A DNA stretch of 64,000 nucleotides, from assembly GCA_964016885.1 (NCBI GenBank), contig OZ024743.1:149606001-149670000 (forward strand), given 5' to 3'. The DNA comes from Eledone cirrhosa. Its lineage: Eukaryota. The stretch's first letter is position 1. Each line of letters begins with the position of its first letter. The translations under genes were made by a program, and so were the position numbers. The notes under the pieces are model-generated. The model was not told the DNA's origin, searched no databases, and saw only the letters and a program-made list of their open reading frames with translations. Shown piece after piece: positions 1 to 12,747 of the stretch.

Positions 1-305
1 TATTACTGTTGAAAACATATAGTGTAGTATAGTATTACTGTTGAAAATATATAGTATAGTACAGTATTACTGTTGAAAATATACAGTATAGTACAGTATT
101 ACTGTGGAAAATATATAGTATTACTGTTGAAAATATATAGTATAGTATTACTGTTGAAAATATATAGTATAGTATTACTGTTGAAAATATATAGTATAGT
201 ATTACTGTTGAAAATATATAGTACAGTATTACTGTTAAAAATATATAGTAGAGTATAGTATCACTGTTGAAAATATATAGTATAGTATAGTATTACTTTT
301 GAAAA
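1..305. repeat. Minisatellite, 27-32 bp unit AGTATTACTGTTGAAAATATATAGTAT(AGTAC)
   Basis: About 10 near-identical tandem units visible; runs off the window start. Confidence 0.9.
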
Positions 306-541
306 TATGTACACGAATATATAATTATATATATAGTATTAAGGATACTATTTATGGTTATGTATGTAATAAAACCTTTTATGGTTATATATTTTTTATA
401 CCAACCCTAAATAGTGAAAGATAGTCATTAATTACTATCTTATTACCAGTAAGATAAATAGCTCAATGTAATAACATCGGTTGTTTTACAGAGCAGTTAT
501 ATAGAGATTACAATAATCAAAGTTCAGTTTAAATCATTTAT

Positions 542-590
542 TTGCTTACAATTCTTTCCTCCAAACCGAGGTTTGGATTCTTCGGAGCAA
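542..590 (-). ncRNA. Type I hammerhead ribozyme motif, CCGAAGA core
   Basis: Reverse complement reads TTGCT-CCGAAGA-A-TCCAAAC CTCG GTTTGGA-G-GAAA-GAATTG-TA-AGCAA. Confidence 0.65.
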
Positions 591-1306
591 CTATTTAGTG
601 ATCTATTGACCTCCTTTTCAACACAAGAGACATATAAAAACATATGCACATATTGACCCACAGTGGGATGACATCCATCAAAATGATATAGCATGGCAAT
701 TTACATATAAAGGTTAAAGGATAAAAATAAAAATAAAAATAAAAGTGAAAATGAAGCATTGGCAGTTTATGAAGATAAAGCAAGAGGAAAGTTTAGAGTA
801 GTCAGTGTATGAAACTCTCACGTGTAGCATGCACGCGTGTCTTATTTATACAGGATTAGAGTGCGTCAGATTGTTACTTGCAGGGTCAGGCAGTTGAAGC
901 AGGCAATCGATATTATTATGTGGGCTGAATTATTAAATCATTTTTTCGCATACACCTGTATGATATACAATCCCGAATGTAGAGAAACACCAAAATATCA
1001 AAAATATCAAACATATTATAAAACATATTATAGCGCAGGCAAAACAGAACCACTGTCTTCGCGCACACCACCACTCACATAATCCACGAGACGCAATATA
1101 TAGACCACGGGTCTATCATATAATCCACGATGGTTCAGCATATAACCAAGTTATAAACCATATCTTGTCGATTCTTAATTAATAGATCATATCTCATGGA
1201 TTATGTGAGTGGTGGTGTCATCCCACTGTGGGTCAATATGTGCATATGTTTTTATATGTCTCTTGTGTTGAAAAGGAGGTCAAGTATGTTATAGATCACT
1301 AAATAG

Positions 1307-1355
1307 TTGCTCCGAAGAATCCAAACCTCGGTTTGGAGGAAACAATTGTAAGCAA
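1307..1355 (+). ncRNA. Type I hammerhead ribozyme motif, CCGAAGA core
   Basis: TTGCT-CCGAAGA-A-TCCAAAC CTCG GTTTGGA-G-GAAA-CAATTG-TA-AGCAA: 5-bp stem I, 7-bp stem II, palindromic stem III (ACAATTGT), GUA site. Confidence 0.75.
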
Positions 1356-1789
1356 ATAAATGATTTAAACTGAACTTTGATTATTGTAATCTCTATAATT
1401 ATATATATATATATATAATTAATTAAAAGTTGGTTAGAAGCGAAGTCAATGCAGACAGGCATTATAAGCGAGCGACGTTATAGCTATGTATCTATCTAAA
1501 AAGACAGAGTAAGAAAGAGAGAGGAATGTCGTATTATATATATTCTATATAATAAAGTACCAGTAATGTACTGGAATAATTGCTGGCCTTGTGCCAAAAT
1601 TAGAAACAATTATACTTCTTTTTTATACAACTGTAAATAACATGCTTATGTATGTATATATACGTATATATATGTATAAAGGAATGCTGTAATAATGCAG
1701 ACAGCCAGACATACAGAGACATATTATAAGGGCGCGACGTTGTAGCCATGTATCTATCCAAAAAGACAGACTAAGGAAGAGAGAGGAAT

Positions 1790-2004
1790 GTCGTATAACC
1801 GCAAGTGTTGACATTTGAAAATTTTAAAGAAGTGAATATTTAAATAATATCTTTAATTTTTTAACACATTTTAGTAGACAAAATTACGCTCACTTTCTTA
1901 CTTGGAAAAAGTTACATCTATGGTGCAAATTTGGTGCCGTTTGGTTCAACCGTTTGGCGAAAAGTTTGTTACATACATACGGCCGTCAGCTTTATTAGTA
2001 TAGA
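1790..2004 (-). mobile_element. Non-autonomous Helitron-like fragment (5' part)
   Basis: Minus strand starts A|TCTATACTAATAAAG; shares AAGTGTTGACATTTGA.AATTTTAAAGA with the 22050-22704 element. Confidence 0.45.
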
Positions 2005-2029
2005 TTATACATTGAGTTTGCACCGATTT

Positions 2030-4130
2030 CATTCATGGAGTTGACTTTGCCATCCGGAACGAGTTAGTTGTCAAGCACAATCTCTGCCCGACGCCACAAA
2101 TGACCTCCCCAACACTAATCTCGGAAGGTAATATAAAGGAAAAGTTCTATCACTAACTCTCCTCTCTTATCTCTATGGTTCCGATGAGTGACAGCTTCCT
2201 CGTCCTGGGAGACTTCAATGATCGAGCTGGACGAAATTACCAACTGTCGTCTTGAGTTCTTTGTAAGGAGGATGTGGGAAACTGTAATGCAAGTGGTGAA
2301 CTCCTACTCAGGTCTTATAGAACACAGCCTCACAATAACTAACACCGTATTTCGTCTCAAACAACACTTCCAGACAACTTGGAAGCATCCAAGATCAAAG
2401 CACTGGCATATGCTCGATTATATCATCACAAGAGAGCAACACAGAGCTGAAGTTTTAATCACGTCGGCCATGCTAATGACGAACGTGCGCCTCAAAATAA
2501 AATCAAGGCCATTCCACCGAATAAACAAACCATAAAAAACGTTGAACACTACCTCTTCTGCTGCAAACAATGAAACCATCTTAAAGAACATAAGAGACGC
2601 CCCAGTAGCAATCACCTTAATTGGAAATGAATGGAGCACCATCAAAACCATTAATGGAAAGGCTGCTACTGAAACTCTGGTGTTTAAAACCAGGAAACAT
2701 CAAGGCTGGTTCTGTGAAAATAATGTTATCACTGATGCTATTGAGACCAACAGACAAGCTCGGTGGAGTGGGAGGCGGAAAATGCTCAAAAGCCCAAAAG
2801 AAACGTTTCCAAGAAATCAATGCAAGATGCCAAAACCTTTTGTGAGAGACAGAATATGTGGTGACAAGAAATCCAAGCTTATGCAAACAGCAAAGATTCG
2901 AATAGATTCTATAAGGCCACCAAGCAATTCTATGGGCCAACACCCTTATCATCAGGCGCACTCCTAACACACTGATAACACCACAGTACCCCTTTCTATC
3001 ATTTTTTCTATTTTGGTCTCTATTATCAGAGCATTCCACGATGATATGGTGAGCAGGGTGGTACACAACAACCAAACCATCGAAACTTTCCAGATCAATT
3101 GTGGTTTAAAACAGGGTTGTGTCTTGGCACCTACCCTTTCTCCATCTATTTAGCAGCCATGAATTTTGACATCTTCACTACCGGCTTTTAATGTGATCCT
3201 CTTCAATACTACCCTCTTTCGATCTAGGAGAAATGCCACAGCATTCAAAGTGGCTGACCTTCAGTTTGTCGATGATATGGCTCACTTAGTCAGCAGTTGG
3301 GACGATATTGAAAAATTTGTGAGGAATTATACGAATGTATACCAGCGGTTTGGTCTCACAGTACATGTGAATATGACTAAAGCCCTGCGCCCTCCCCGCC
3401 TCGCTGGATTAGGTGGACTTGAACCCAGCATCAAAATCCGAGGGATAGAGATAGAGTATATGTCTCAATTTCCTTACCTTGGGGCCGTCATTGACGAGGA
3501 TGCAACATCAAGCAAAGACATCGAATGTAGGATCCAGGCAGCAAGTGTTGCATTTCGGCGACTTAACAGAGAGTCTTCCAGAACACAGATTTGAGAAGGG
3601 AAACAAAGCTCATCGTATATAAATCTGTGGCACTTCCCACACTTTTATATGGTTGTGAGACCTGGACGTTGTACAAGAAAGATATAAAAAAACTGGAAGC
3701 CTTTCATCAGAGGAAACTCTGATGCTTCTACTGACAGAGCTGCATCGAAAACACCGTAATGTTATAAAGCTTGCGACGAGAGGGGCATATCAAACGCATG
3801 AATGACTGCATACTACCCAAGGAAATTTTCTAGAGTGAACTGACTTCAGGAAAACGCCATCTTAGTGTACCAAATTGTCGTTACAAAGACCCACTTAAGC
3901 GAACACTTAAAAGCTGTGGCCTGGACCAAAACAACTGAGAATCTGATGTGTAGGACAGGGAGCTTTGGAGGACGAAAGTGAAAACAGGCACTGCATATTT
4001 TGAGTTGGCGAGGAAACGATTCCCTTGAGGCGAAGAACCGTGACAGACTGAACAAAACCCTGCACCCCACCCTCGCCACATATTCAATACCCAAATTGCC
4101 CTCGGCTCATTTGTGCACGAATTGGACTGA
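2030..4130 (+). mobile_element. Decayed RTE-clade (BovB-like) LINE
   Basis: APE remnants (HGVDFAIR, TWKHPRSKHWHMLDYII), RT remnants (GLKQGCVLAP, LQFVDD, FPYLG, LLYGCETW); many stops and frameshifts. Confidence 0.88.
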
Positions 4131-4190
4131 ATGAACCTGATCCTCTATACTCTGGCAAGAGTGAAAAGTTAATCATATTTTTACACAATC

Positions 4191-4249
4191 GCTGTTATAC
4201 GTATTTCGATGGTAAATGTTATGTAACAGTTAAGTCTTCATCAGAGAGC
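4191..4249 (-). ncRNA. Type I hammerhead ribozyme motif (family B)
   Basis: Reverse complement reads GCTCT-CTGATGA-AGA...TGTT ACAT AACA...TC-GAAA-TACGTA-TA-ACAGC; palindromic stem III ATACGTAT, one stem I mismatch. Confidence 0.65.
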
Positions 4250-5260
4250 CATTACGTGAACAGAAATTATATGCATAAAAATGATATGAATAAAATAACA
4301 CGAACAAAAATAAAGATAAAAATTATTCAGTGTTTTCATTCAGTGATATGCCACTGACAGGTTGTTGATGTTGCTCCCTCAAAGTCCTGCTGACAGTTGT
4401 TAGTATTAACAACCACACAGCATCATCACAATGGGTGTAAAAGAAACATAGCTATTGGTTGAAGATAGTTCCAAACCCACATCCTCCTAGTCTTCATGAA
4501 TTCCCCAGTCACGTTAATGTCTAAGATCGTTCACTCACTCTAGTATCAGTTAATTTGTAAATTCTTTACATGATTGCGGTGGTGAGGAAAGATGAAGTTA
4601 ACTGTCACCACAGCAACAATAACGATCAAAGCTGCAAAAACCAACATCTCAGTTGAATAGGAGGAAGTAGGGATCGGTATCAATGACTAGCTGCAATAGT
4701 AGTAATGATAACATAATCAAGCTAAGCTACTTCATAACATATATTAGAGGGACAGGCACAAGTGAGAATTAAGGTTGAAAATAAAGGTTGAGGATAGAAC
4801 GAAAATCAGTAAATAAATAATACATAAAGAATGTATAAAGGAAATACATAAAAGGAAAGGAGAAAATGGAAAAAAGTTAATGGTGAAGTATAGGAATAAA
4901 GGAGGGAGAAGAAATACAAAATCAAAGAAACAAAAAGTGAGATATGTGAAAAGTATCAAGATACGATTATGCCAACACCTAATATATATATCACATATAT
5001 TGCTGGTCATACAGATATATTAAATAAATATGTTTAAAATGTAGCACCACATAAACTTCTAAAGGTGGGGGGAGAAGAAAGGGATTCGATGTATTAATAT
5101 AGCTAATGAAATGTGGATAGTATCGTAGGAGTTTAGTGTTCCTAATTAGTTGGCACGACGAATGTTGTCAGCCATAGGTCTCAACCGTAATCCTGAAGTA
5201 TGGGCTTGTTCCATGTAAATATATATATATAATAAATGTAATCTGAGTTTTTCGAATATT

Positions 5261-5447
5261 AATAATTGTTTCTACTTTTGGCACAAGGCCAGCAATTACC
5301 CAGTGCATTACTGGTACTTTATTTTATCGCGCCCGTAAGGATGAAAAGCAAAGTTAATCTCGGCGGGATTTGAACTCAGAATGGCAAGGGCCGTAACTCT
5401 ATACGTCAAAGCATGGCGTCCGACCCACTACCAATACTGCCAATCCA
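5261..5447 (-). mobile_element. tRNA-derived SINE (octopod-like)
   Basis: Reverse complement of the 22432 and 34694 copies; A-box-like TGGCAGTATTGG and B-box GAGTTCAAATC. Confidence 0.85.
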
Positions 5448-5726
5448 TCGATTCGTTTGCAATTATGCAAACAGCCTCTTTTAAAGCCATGTCAGTAGAA
5501 TGACACCGCCATTCTTGCTCTTGTATTGGCATGTAAACAGAACTGCAGTATACTGCTTACCTGTTAACTGTCAGAGCTAGTGAAAATATATATTTTCTGA
5601 AATATACAGTGACTGATCGGCCTGGTTTGCATATATTGTGGTAGAACACTGGGAGGTTATATCCGTTGTAAGTAGAACACTCAGTCCATAGGATGAGTTC
5701 CGTATAAAGTTAGTTCCACAACACAC

Positions 5727-5771
<45 letters not shown>

Positions 5772-6240
5772 ATAAGAATATTTACGTTTATGTATGTTTG
5801 ATACAACTATAAATATGGAGGGTAGTACTAAGTACTAGCCGGTTACCGGTATGACAAAAGGCTCAATGCAAATTTTCAAGTGTTTTACAGAGCCGAGATA
5901 CAAAGTGTTAAAACGATCAAATTTCAGTTTAGAATATCTATTTGCTGACAATTGTTTCTTCCAGTGAGAATGCTGGATTCATCGGAGCATAGGGAATGTC
6001 GAAACATGTTACTAAAATCCTAGTCATTAAGAACATTTAGGGTACATAATTGTTTTTAGTGTCTTAGGTAACATGTGGAGAGTCAGGAGTTAAAAAAATG
6101 TTCTGCTTGAAAGAACACAATTACAGGCAGCACTGGTTGAAAGTGTAAGAGGTATAAGCGAAAAGCACATGCACAAAAAAAAAATACAGGCAAAAAAGTT
6201 ATAAGCAAGGAAAACACCAATTTTCCTTGCTTTATATATA

Positions 6241-7265
6241 TCTACTATATAAATTGGAAGTGGTCGGACGTTGTATATGTAGGTGTAGTCGGATGAACGT
6301 CGAAACGGCTTGGTGGAATGCAGCGAAAATTTACGCAGTTATGCAGAATGACCCGAGGAGGCGTTGGGTCGACTTTCAAGCTACAAGTTTCCATGGTTAC
6401 GGAGAAAATCGATGAAACAGGAATTTCCCATTCAAATTGAACTGAGAGTAATCTGTGAACGCAGAAGTAAATATTTCGAGAAACGTTGCAACCGAAGGAA
6501 AACAGGAAGACAATATTTTGGTTCGTGAAGACGTTCCCTGGTAATGAACGGGAAAAAAGCGAGGATAATACGTCATTATGTGGATCGAGAAGAACAATTT
6601 CATGCAAAGACAAGACCGAGTTTATGGTATAAATGGAGTCGTTAGACTAATATTCTATTTAAAATAACAGAATGATTTCCAGCCCCGGAGTTTAAGAATG
6701 ATGTAAATAAAATTGAAAACGAAAATGACAGAGGCTATTAAAATAGTAAAAGTAAATAGTGAAGATTTAGGTCAGTACATACGTATGCCCCGACGGACAC
6801 ACACACACACACACACGCACGCACGCGCATGTATAAACCTTATGCATTTCTACAGTATTTTCATCAAACTTAAGACACAGGTTACTTATGTACTCCGGAT
6901 GGTCATGGGCACTTTCATTTTTCCACATATTGATTATAGGGCCTCCCGGCAGATAACCCCCTTTAACCATTTCCTTGGAGTCGACTGAAGCACTGCAGTG
7001 CAATGCAACAAAACGTCATAACTTCTGGAGTTCGCAACCGATTTTCAAAAAACTTGACACATGGGCTACGTTTATCCTACAGATGAATGTGAACTCTCAG
7101 AATTGGCACATATTGAGTAGGGGACCCCTGTGGGCAGGAACCCCCTTTTGTAAAAAGCCGATGATTTTGTAAAAGTATAGTTTTCGAAGCAGCACTGAGG
7201 TATTGACATAAATGGTATACACAACTACTAGTTAATACCCGAGCAACGCCGTGTAACTCTGCTAG
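6241..7265 (+). mobile_element. Non-autonomous Helitron (with possible nested element ending CTAG at 7231)
   Basis: 5' A|TCTACTATATAAA; 3' hairpin CCCGAGCAACGCCG + CTAG like the ends at 52136 and 55773. Confidence 0.7.
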
Positions 7266-7284
7266 CATATAATGTAAACAAAGA

Positions 7285-7471
7285 GGGTGTGGTAAGATCC
7301 CAGGTGGACCATGACGCACCAGAGTACTCGATACTTGGGTTATTAGTGTGGGTAATACGAAAGGATTCAGGAACCCGACGGCTGAGCTCCGGCTGTTTCC
7401 AAAGCTAGATCCGTACTCAGTTTAGATCTAGCTGTCGAAACGGCCGGAGCTCTGCTTTCGGTATCTTGAAT
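7285..7471. repeat. Unclassified interspersed repeat ending in a long fold-back, then (AT)n
   Basis: 7285-7360 is homologous to 21482-21552; imperfect hairpin at ~7365-7471. Confidence 0.6.
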
Positions 7472-7511
7472 ATATATATATATATATATATACAGTTCCA
7501 CAACATATATA

Positions 7512-8058
7512 CAGTGGTGGACTGCCCAGGTCGTCAGTTTGGCTGATGACAAGTGGACCACTGGGGGGCCCACGGTAGTAATTTAGGGGCCAATGCAAAA
7601 TCTTTGCTTTCAAAGAAATTATCAGAAGTCCTAGAAAAAGAATAACAATTTAAGAAACAAATAAAACAATTAAGCAAAACAGTTGGTCAAACAATTCCCA
7701 TGCATACATGAAATACATACAAACAAAGAAACGCACACATACACTTGATTTAACCTACACGAACGAAATTTTATATATTGAGTGTGAAAGACCAAAGCTG
7801 ATTATTGCTGGATTACTTTGTGGGTATGTATATATCACAAGAGTCTTTTTTTATTGAAGAAGGTGAGAAATTCTTAATATATTCTAAATAATCCGTATTT
7901 TTAATTTACAATTTTACGGTCAATTGCATAAATTGAAATAGAGGACTTTTAGAGAATTCATTTATTCGTAATAAAAATCAAATGACAGCATTGTAGTTGT
8001 GGGTATTCCCTTTTGTCTCCTCCTGGGAACTAATATTTTTAGACCCAGTTCGCCACTG
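7512..8058. mobile_element. MITE / non-autonomous DNA transposon in a (TA)n site
   Basis: TIRs CAGTGGTGGACTG and CAGTGGCGAACTG (reverse complement), flanked by TATA. Confidence 0.65.
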
Positions 8059-8722
8059 TATATATATATATATATATATCTTTATAAATAGGGTAATTTT
8101 TTGAAGGTTTATCTCAGATTTTGGTACATTGACCTCAGAGTTTTAAACTAAACATATGGTCATTATTGAGCAAAGGTATTTTCTCACATTATATATCTAT
8201 GTCTCATTCATGAATATTGATATTTACATTCTATTACCCAGTTCATATGAATTGATAATTCAAATTGATATGACATGACGTAAAGATGTAACTGTATTCT
8301 CTCTCTCTCTAGATATAGCTCTTTCTCCTCTCTCTTTATATATGATGAAGTTTTATGTATCTGTCGCTTTGATTTTGCCTGTCATATTTCTCTCTTATTT
8401 CTCTCTTGGCTTTCACCTCCCCCTATATAATTATATTTTCTCTCCCTCTTTCTTTTCCTCCCACCTCTCTCTCTTTCTGTTTTCTCTTTATCTCCATTTT
8501 TTCTTTCTCTCTGTCTTCTCTCTAACTGTGCTTAACACTATAACTAAATAATTACTGTACTCTCTCTCTATATAGTACTCCCTCTCTCTTTCTCTCTCCC
8601 CTATTTCTCTCTGTTTTTCTTTACATCCATTTCTTCTTTCTCTCCGTCTTTTTTTTCTAACTGTGCTTAACACTATAACTAAATAATTATAAACACTTCA
8701 CTACCAAGCCAGCCTCCTATCT

Positions 8723-8974
8723 TAATGGTCGCTTATATTTATGGTACGTCAAAATTATTTATAAAACTGTTTATATATTGTATTTTATCTGACGAAGGCA
8801 TGCCATATTTTTAATATGGTATCCCTGAAATATGTATAATGAAATAAATATGGTTTTATAAATATAGTTTCCATTTGTTTAATATCGTATATCTACTCCA
8901 AAAACTTGTCGAGTGCTTTATATCGGTTATAAAATATTTACTTGTTGTAACCCAACAATTTTAAATAAAACTTT

Positions 8975-8977
<3 letters not shown>
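8723..8977 (+). mobile_element. Solo PLE-type pseudo-LTR (family C) with hammerhead motif at 8781-8845
   Basis: CTGACGA-AGG..TGCCATATT TTT AATATGGTA..CCT-GAAA-TATG-TA-TAA; homologous to the 58277-58713 copies; ends in (AT)n. Confidence 0.7.
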
Positions 8978-9011
<34 letters not shown>

Positions 9012-9015
<4 letters not shown>

Positions 9016-10250
9016 TGGCTGCCCCATCGTTATCAAGTATGGCCATTGCACTATATACTCTTATTAATAATTATTAATTAATTCTATCGTGCAATGCCTG
9101 TGCGTGAAGATATATTTTAAAGTGAGGAAAGATTGTGCACTGAGCCAATCCCACTCTCGGAGCAACAGTAGCTATAACCCGAAAAGAAGAAAAGGCCAAC
9201 ATTATCGGTAACTACTGAGCCGCAGGTTTTATATCGGAGTTATCCCAGTTTCCTGAGTTGCCTTCTCCTAGAACAAAGGTTCTCAACGGGGGGCATGTGC
9301 ACCCCCGGGTGGCGTTTCAGAACTCCAGGGGGGGGGGGGGGCGTTTGGAGCTGGGAGGGGGTTAGGGGGCGCTAGAAGGCTCTTTATTTTGGTAAGTTTT
9401 ATAAGCCATATTTGTATGTCTTTGAGACAGCCAGTGTGAATGCATTTGAATGAGCTTGCAGACAGCATAACTATAGTCTGACCGCAGCTGTGAGCAGGTG
9501 TGCAGGCATGTCCGGTAATTGAGACGTTAACTGGTAATTGAGATCCTAAAAATGGAAAAACCCACAGTCAACTGGGTCAAAGACACTTTGAGCGCAGCCA
9601 GTTAGAATCTTATTTTTTCTTCACCGATAACAATGTATTTCATGTCTGAAATTATTGACTCAACTGTAAGGAGTTAACACTATGTAGATCTATTTTATTC
9701 CCTATTGTATAAATAATATTACAAATAAAAAAAAAAAGAAAAGAAAAAACAGAAGCGAGTAGCACACACATCTAGGACCACATACAACACATAATCACAC
9801 ATCTTTGGAACATTGTTAATCAATTTTTTAGTAATCTACTGATATAAAAATCAGTAGTATATTGAAAAAGGGAAAAATGGGGGAGGGGGGCGTTTCGTGA
9901 TTTCGAGGGACAAAAGGGTTGGCCTAAATGGGTTGAGAACCTGTGTCCTAGAAGAATGCCCTGAGAAGGGCTAGGGTTCCTTCACTCCCAGTGGTTTAAC
10001 CGCGCGATCGGGTATCCAGCCCGACTATTTCTGTCCCCGCGCATATACATATACATGCTCCCATGTATATACACATATACATACATGTGTATATACATAT
10101 TTACACACTTTTGGATGACCGTTGACTTCCGCCCTTTGTCAGGTTTTGTTTTTTGTCCTGCAGGATGTCCAAAATCACACTCCTCACCAAGTAAACATGC
10201 GACAGGTTGTACTGGGTTACATGTTACCAGTAGCACTCAAGAGTGGCCCG
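9012..10250 (-). mobile_element. Non-autonomous RTE-related element (SINE-like) interrupted by a MITE
   Basis: Shares a 5' block (GGACATCCTGCAGGAC..AAAACAAAACCTG.CAAAGGGC), CTAGGAGAAGG and a 3' end (TGGCCRTACTYGA..ACGA..GGCAGCCA.CAT) with 10978-11458. Confidence 0.55.
9274..9945. mobile_element. hAT/Charlie-type MITE
   Basis: TIRs CAAAGGTTCTCAAC and CACAGGTTCTCAAC (reverse complement); 8-bp TSD TCCTAGAA at 9266-9273 and 9946-9953. Confidence 0.85.
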
Positions 10251-10317
10251 ACATATACATACATACATATATATACATACACATATACATATGTATATAT
10301 ATATATACATACATATG

Positions 10318-10348
<31 letters not shown>

Positions 10349-10506
10349 TTATATATATACATGATGATGGCTGCCCCCTCGTTATCGAGTATGGCCATTG
10401 CACGAGGAGAAAAAAAATTAATAAATAAATAAAAAATAAAATAAAATAAAAAAAAAGGAATATATACATACATATATATATACATATACATACATATATA
10501 CATATA

Positions 10507-10547
<41 letters not shown>

Positions 10548-10554
10548 TCTTTAC

Positions 10555-10822
10555 CTAGCGGTCATCCCCCATGCGCATCACATGTCCATACCATCTCAGT
10601 CTTCTCTCCTGCACACCACAATTTATCCATCTTATACCCAGTATCTTTATCAACTCGTCTATGCTTGGTCGTTCACTTACCTTGACGTTGGACATCCAAC
10701 GGAGCATGCTTGCTTCATTTCTCTCCAGCCGTCGCATATTCCCTGCAGGTGCTGCCCATGTCTCACTACCATGCAGCATCGAGCATCTCACACAGGCATT
10801 ATATAACCGTCCTTTCGTACGC
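10555..10822 (-). mobile_element. RTE LINE 3' fragment, same family as 30400-33460
   Basis: [22 protein letters not shown]...[12 protein letters not shown]. Confidence 0.85.
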
Positions 10823-10853
10823 ATATATATATATATATGTATATATAAGTATG

Positions 10854-10912
<59 letters not shown>

Positions 10913-10977
10913 ATATCTATATATGTATGTATGTATATATCTATATATGTATGTATGTATATATCTATATATGTATG

Positions 10978-11458
10978 TGGAGGGTGACTTTGGACATCCT
11001 GCAGGACTAAAAACAAAACCTGTCAAAGGGCAAAGGAGCTCTTTAGAGTCAATGGCCATCCCAAATCACTGGGAGAGGCAGAATTCTAGGAGAAGGAAAA
11101 CTCTGATATAACACCTGCAACCCTGATGGTATCCAATGATGTTGACTAGTTCTTCTTTTTGGTAAATATTATCTTGGTTAAGAGAGTGGGACTGGCTTTG
11201 TGCAGTGCCTTTGCTCACTATAAAAGCTTCACGGCACAGGCATTGCTTTATATCTGGAGATCTCTCTGCACTTGTCGTCACATGGTACCATGGGCCCAGC
11301 ACTATGTGTCAATAATTGTCACAAGTGTAGTGTTTGTACCAGAGTTTTCAAGTCGCTGGCTGCACTAAAAAGTCACACTCGTTCAGCGCATTGGTGGGGG
11401 TTCTCCTACATGGATATAAAGTAGTGGCCGTACTCGAAAACGAGTTGGCAGCCACCAT
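10978..11458 (+). mobile_element. Short non-autonomous RTE-related element between (AT)n tracts
   Basis: Terminal blocks homologous to 9012-10250; no coding capacity. Confidence 0.55.
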
Positions 11459-11559
11459 ATATGTATGTATGTATGTATATATCTATATATATATATATGT
11501 ATGTATGTATATATCTATATATATATATGTATGTATAAATCTATATATATATATGTATG

Positions 11560-11598
<39 letters not shown>

Positions 11599-11627
11599 AT
11601 ATCTCTATATATATATATGTATATATC

Positions 11628-11660
<33 letters not shown>

Positions 11661-11809
11661 GTATGTATGTATATATATATATATGTATGTATATGTATGT
11701 ATATATATGTATGTATGTATGTATATATATATATATATATGTATGTATATATATATATATGTATGTATGTATATGTATGTGTATGTATATATATATATAT
11801 GTATGTATG

Positions 11810-11840
<31 letters not shown>

Positions 11841-11951
11841 ATATCTATATATATATGTATGTATGTATGTATATATCTATATATATATGCATGTATGTAT
11901 GTATGTATGTATATATCTATATATATATGTATGTATGTATATATCTATATA

Positions 11952-11987
<36 letters not shown>

Positions 11988-12062
11988 TGTGTGTATGTAT
12001 GTATATATCTATATATATATATGATGTATGTATATATATCTATATATATGTATGTATATATC

Positions 12063-12099
<37 letters not shown>

Positions 12100-12200
12100 A
12101 TATCTATATATATATATGTATGTATATATCTATATATATATATATATGTATGTATATATCTATATATATATATCTATGTATATGTCTATATATATATATG

Positions 12201-12255
<55 letters not shown>

Positions 12256-12420
12256 ATATCTATATATATATATATATATGTATGTATATATCTCTCTCTC
12301 TATATATATGTATGTATATATTTCTATATATATATATATATATGTATGTATATATCTCTTTCTATATATATATGTATGTATATATCTCTCTATATATATA
12401 TATATGTATGTATATATCTA
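11459..12420. repeat. Long compound (AT)n/(ATGT)n/(ATCT) microsatellite
   Basis: Directly visible. Similar tracts at ~10250-10545, 10822-10977, 12660-12805, 16074-16527, 19910-20050, 21095-21472, 45200-45440, 55774-56010, 62238-62660, 63209-63922. Confidence 0.97.
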
Positions 12421-12660
12421 TTGGCAAGCTATTTAGAACACTGGTTTGACAACTTTACTTCCCTCTGAAGAAGAGATATTATCTCGAAAATTAAGGACAT
12501 TTAAATAAATCTAAGGTAAAAGACTAATTGTCAACAATATCTTTTGCATTTGCATTCTTTATTCTATGTCCATACCTGCATTGTTTTGGCTTTATTATAC
12601 ATATACAAACGTTTATACCTTATTACACAATGCTTCAAGTGAACTATAACCTCCTCCATC
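12421..12660 (+). mobile_element. Solo PLE-type pseudo-LTR (family D) inside an (AT)n tract
   Basis: 240 bp of non-repetitive sequence flanked by (AT)n on both sides and containing a hammerhead motif. Confidence 0.65.
12462..12496 (+). ncRNA. Ultra-minimal type I hammerhead motif
   Basis: CCT-CTGAAGA-A-GAGAT ATT ATCTC-GAAA-AT-TA-AGG; palindromic AATT stem III. Confidence 0.75.
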
Positions 12661-12698
12661 TATATATATATATATATATGTATGTATATATCTATATG

Positions 12699-12747
<49 letters not shown>

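Larger units (their letters stand above)
499..1397. mobile_element. Inverted pair of PLE-type pseudo-LTRs (family A): arms ~499-673 (-) and ~1216-1397 (+)
   Basis: Arms are reverse complements and each contains a hammerhead motif; the right arm ends in (AT)n. Confidence 0.7.

Noticed and set aside
1-305. Regular repeats as a CRISPR array (also 53903-54490)
   Set aside because: No unique spacers, no cas genes, eukaryotic context.
5555-5605. Possible minus-strand host micro-exon (tttcag...CAG|GTAAGC)
   Set aside because: Splice-like motifs only; no recognisable protein or neighbouring exons. It would need RNA-seq.
11334-12468. Long [13 protein letters not shown] ORFs here and at 16, 21, 45, 55 and 62-64 kb
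   Set aside because: Translation artefacts of stop-free microsatellites.
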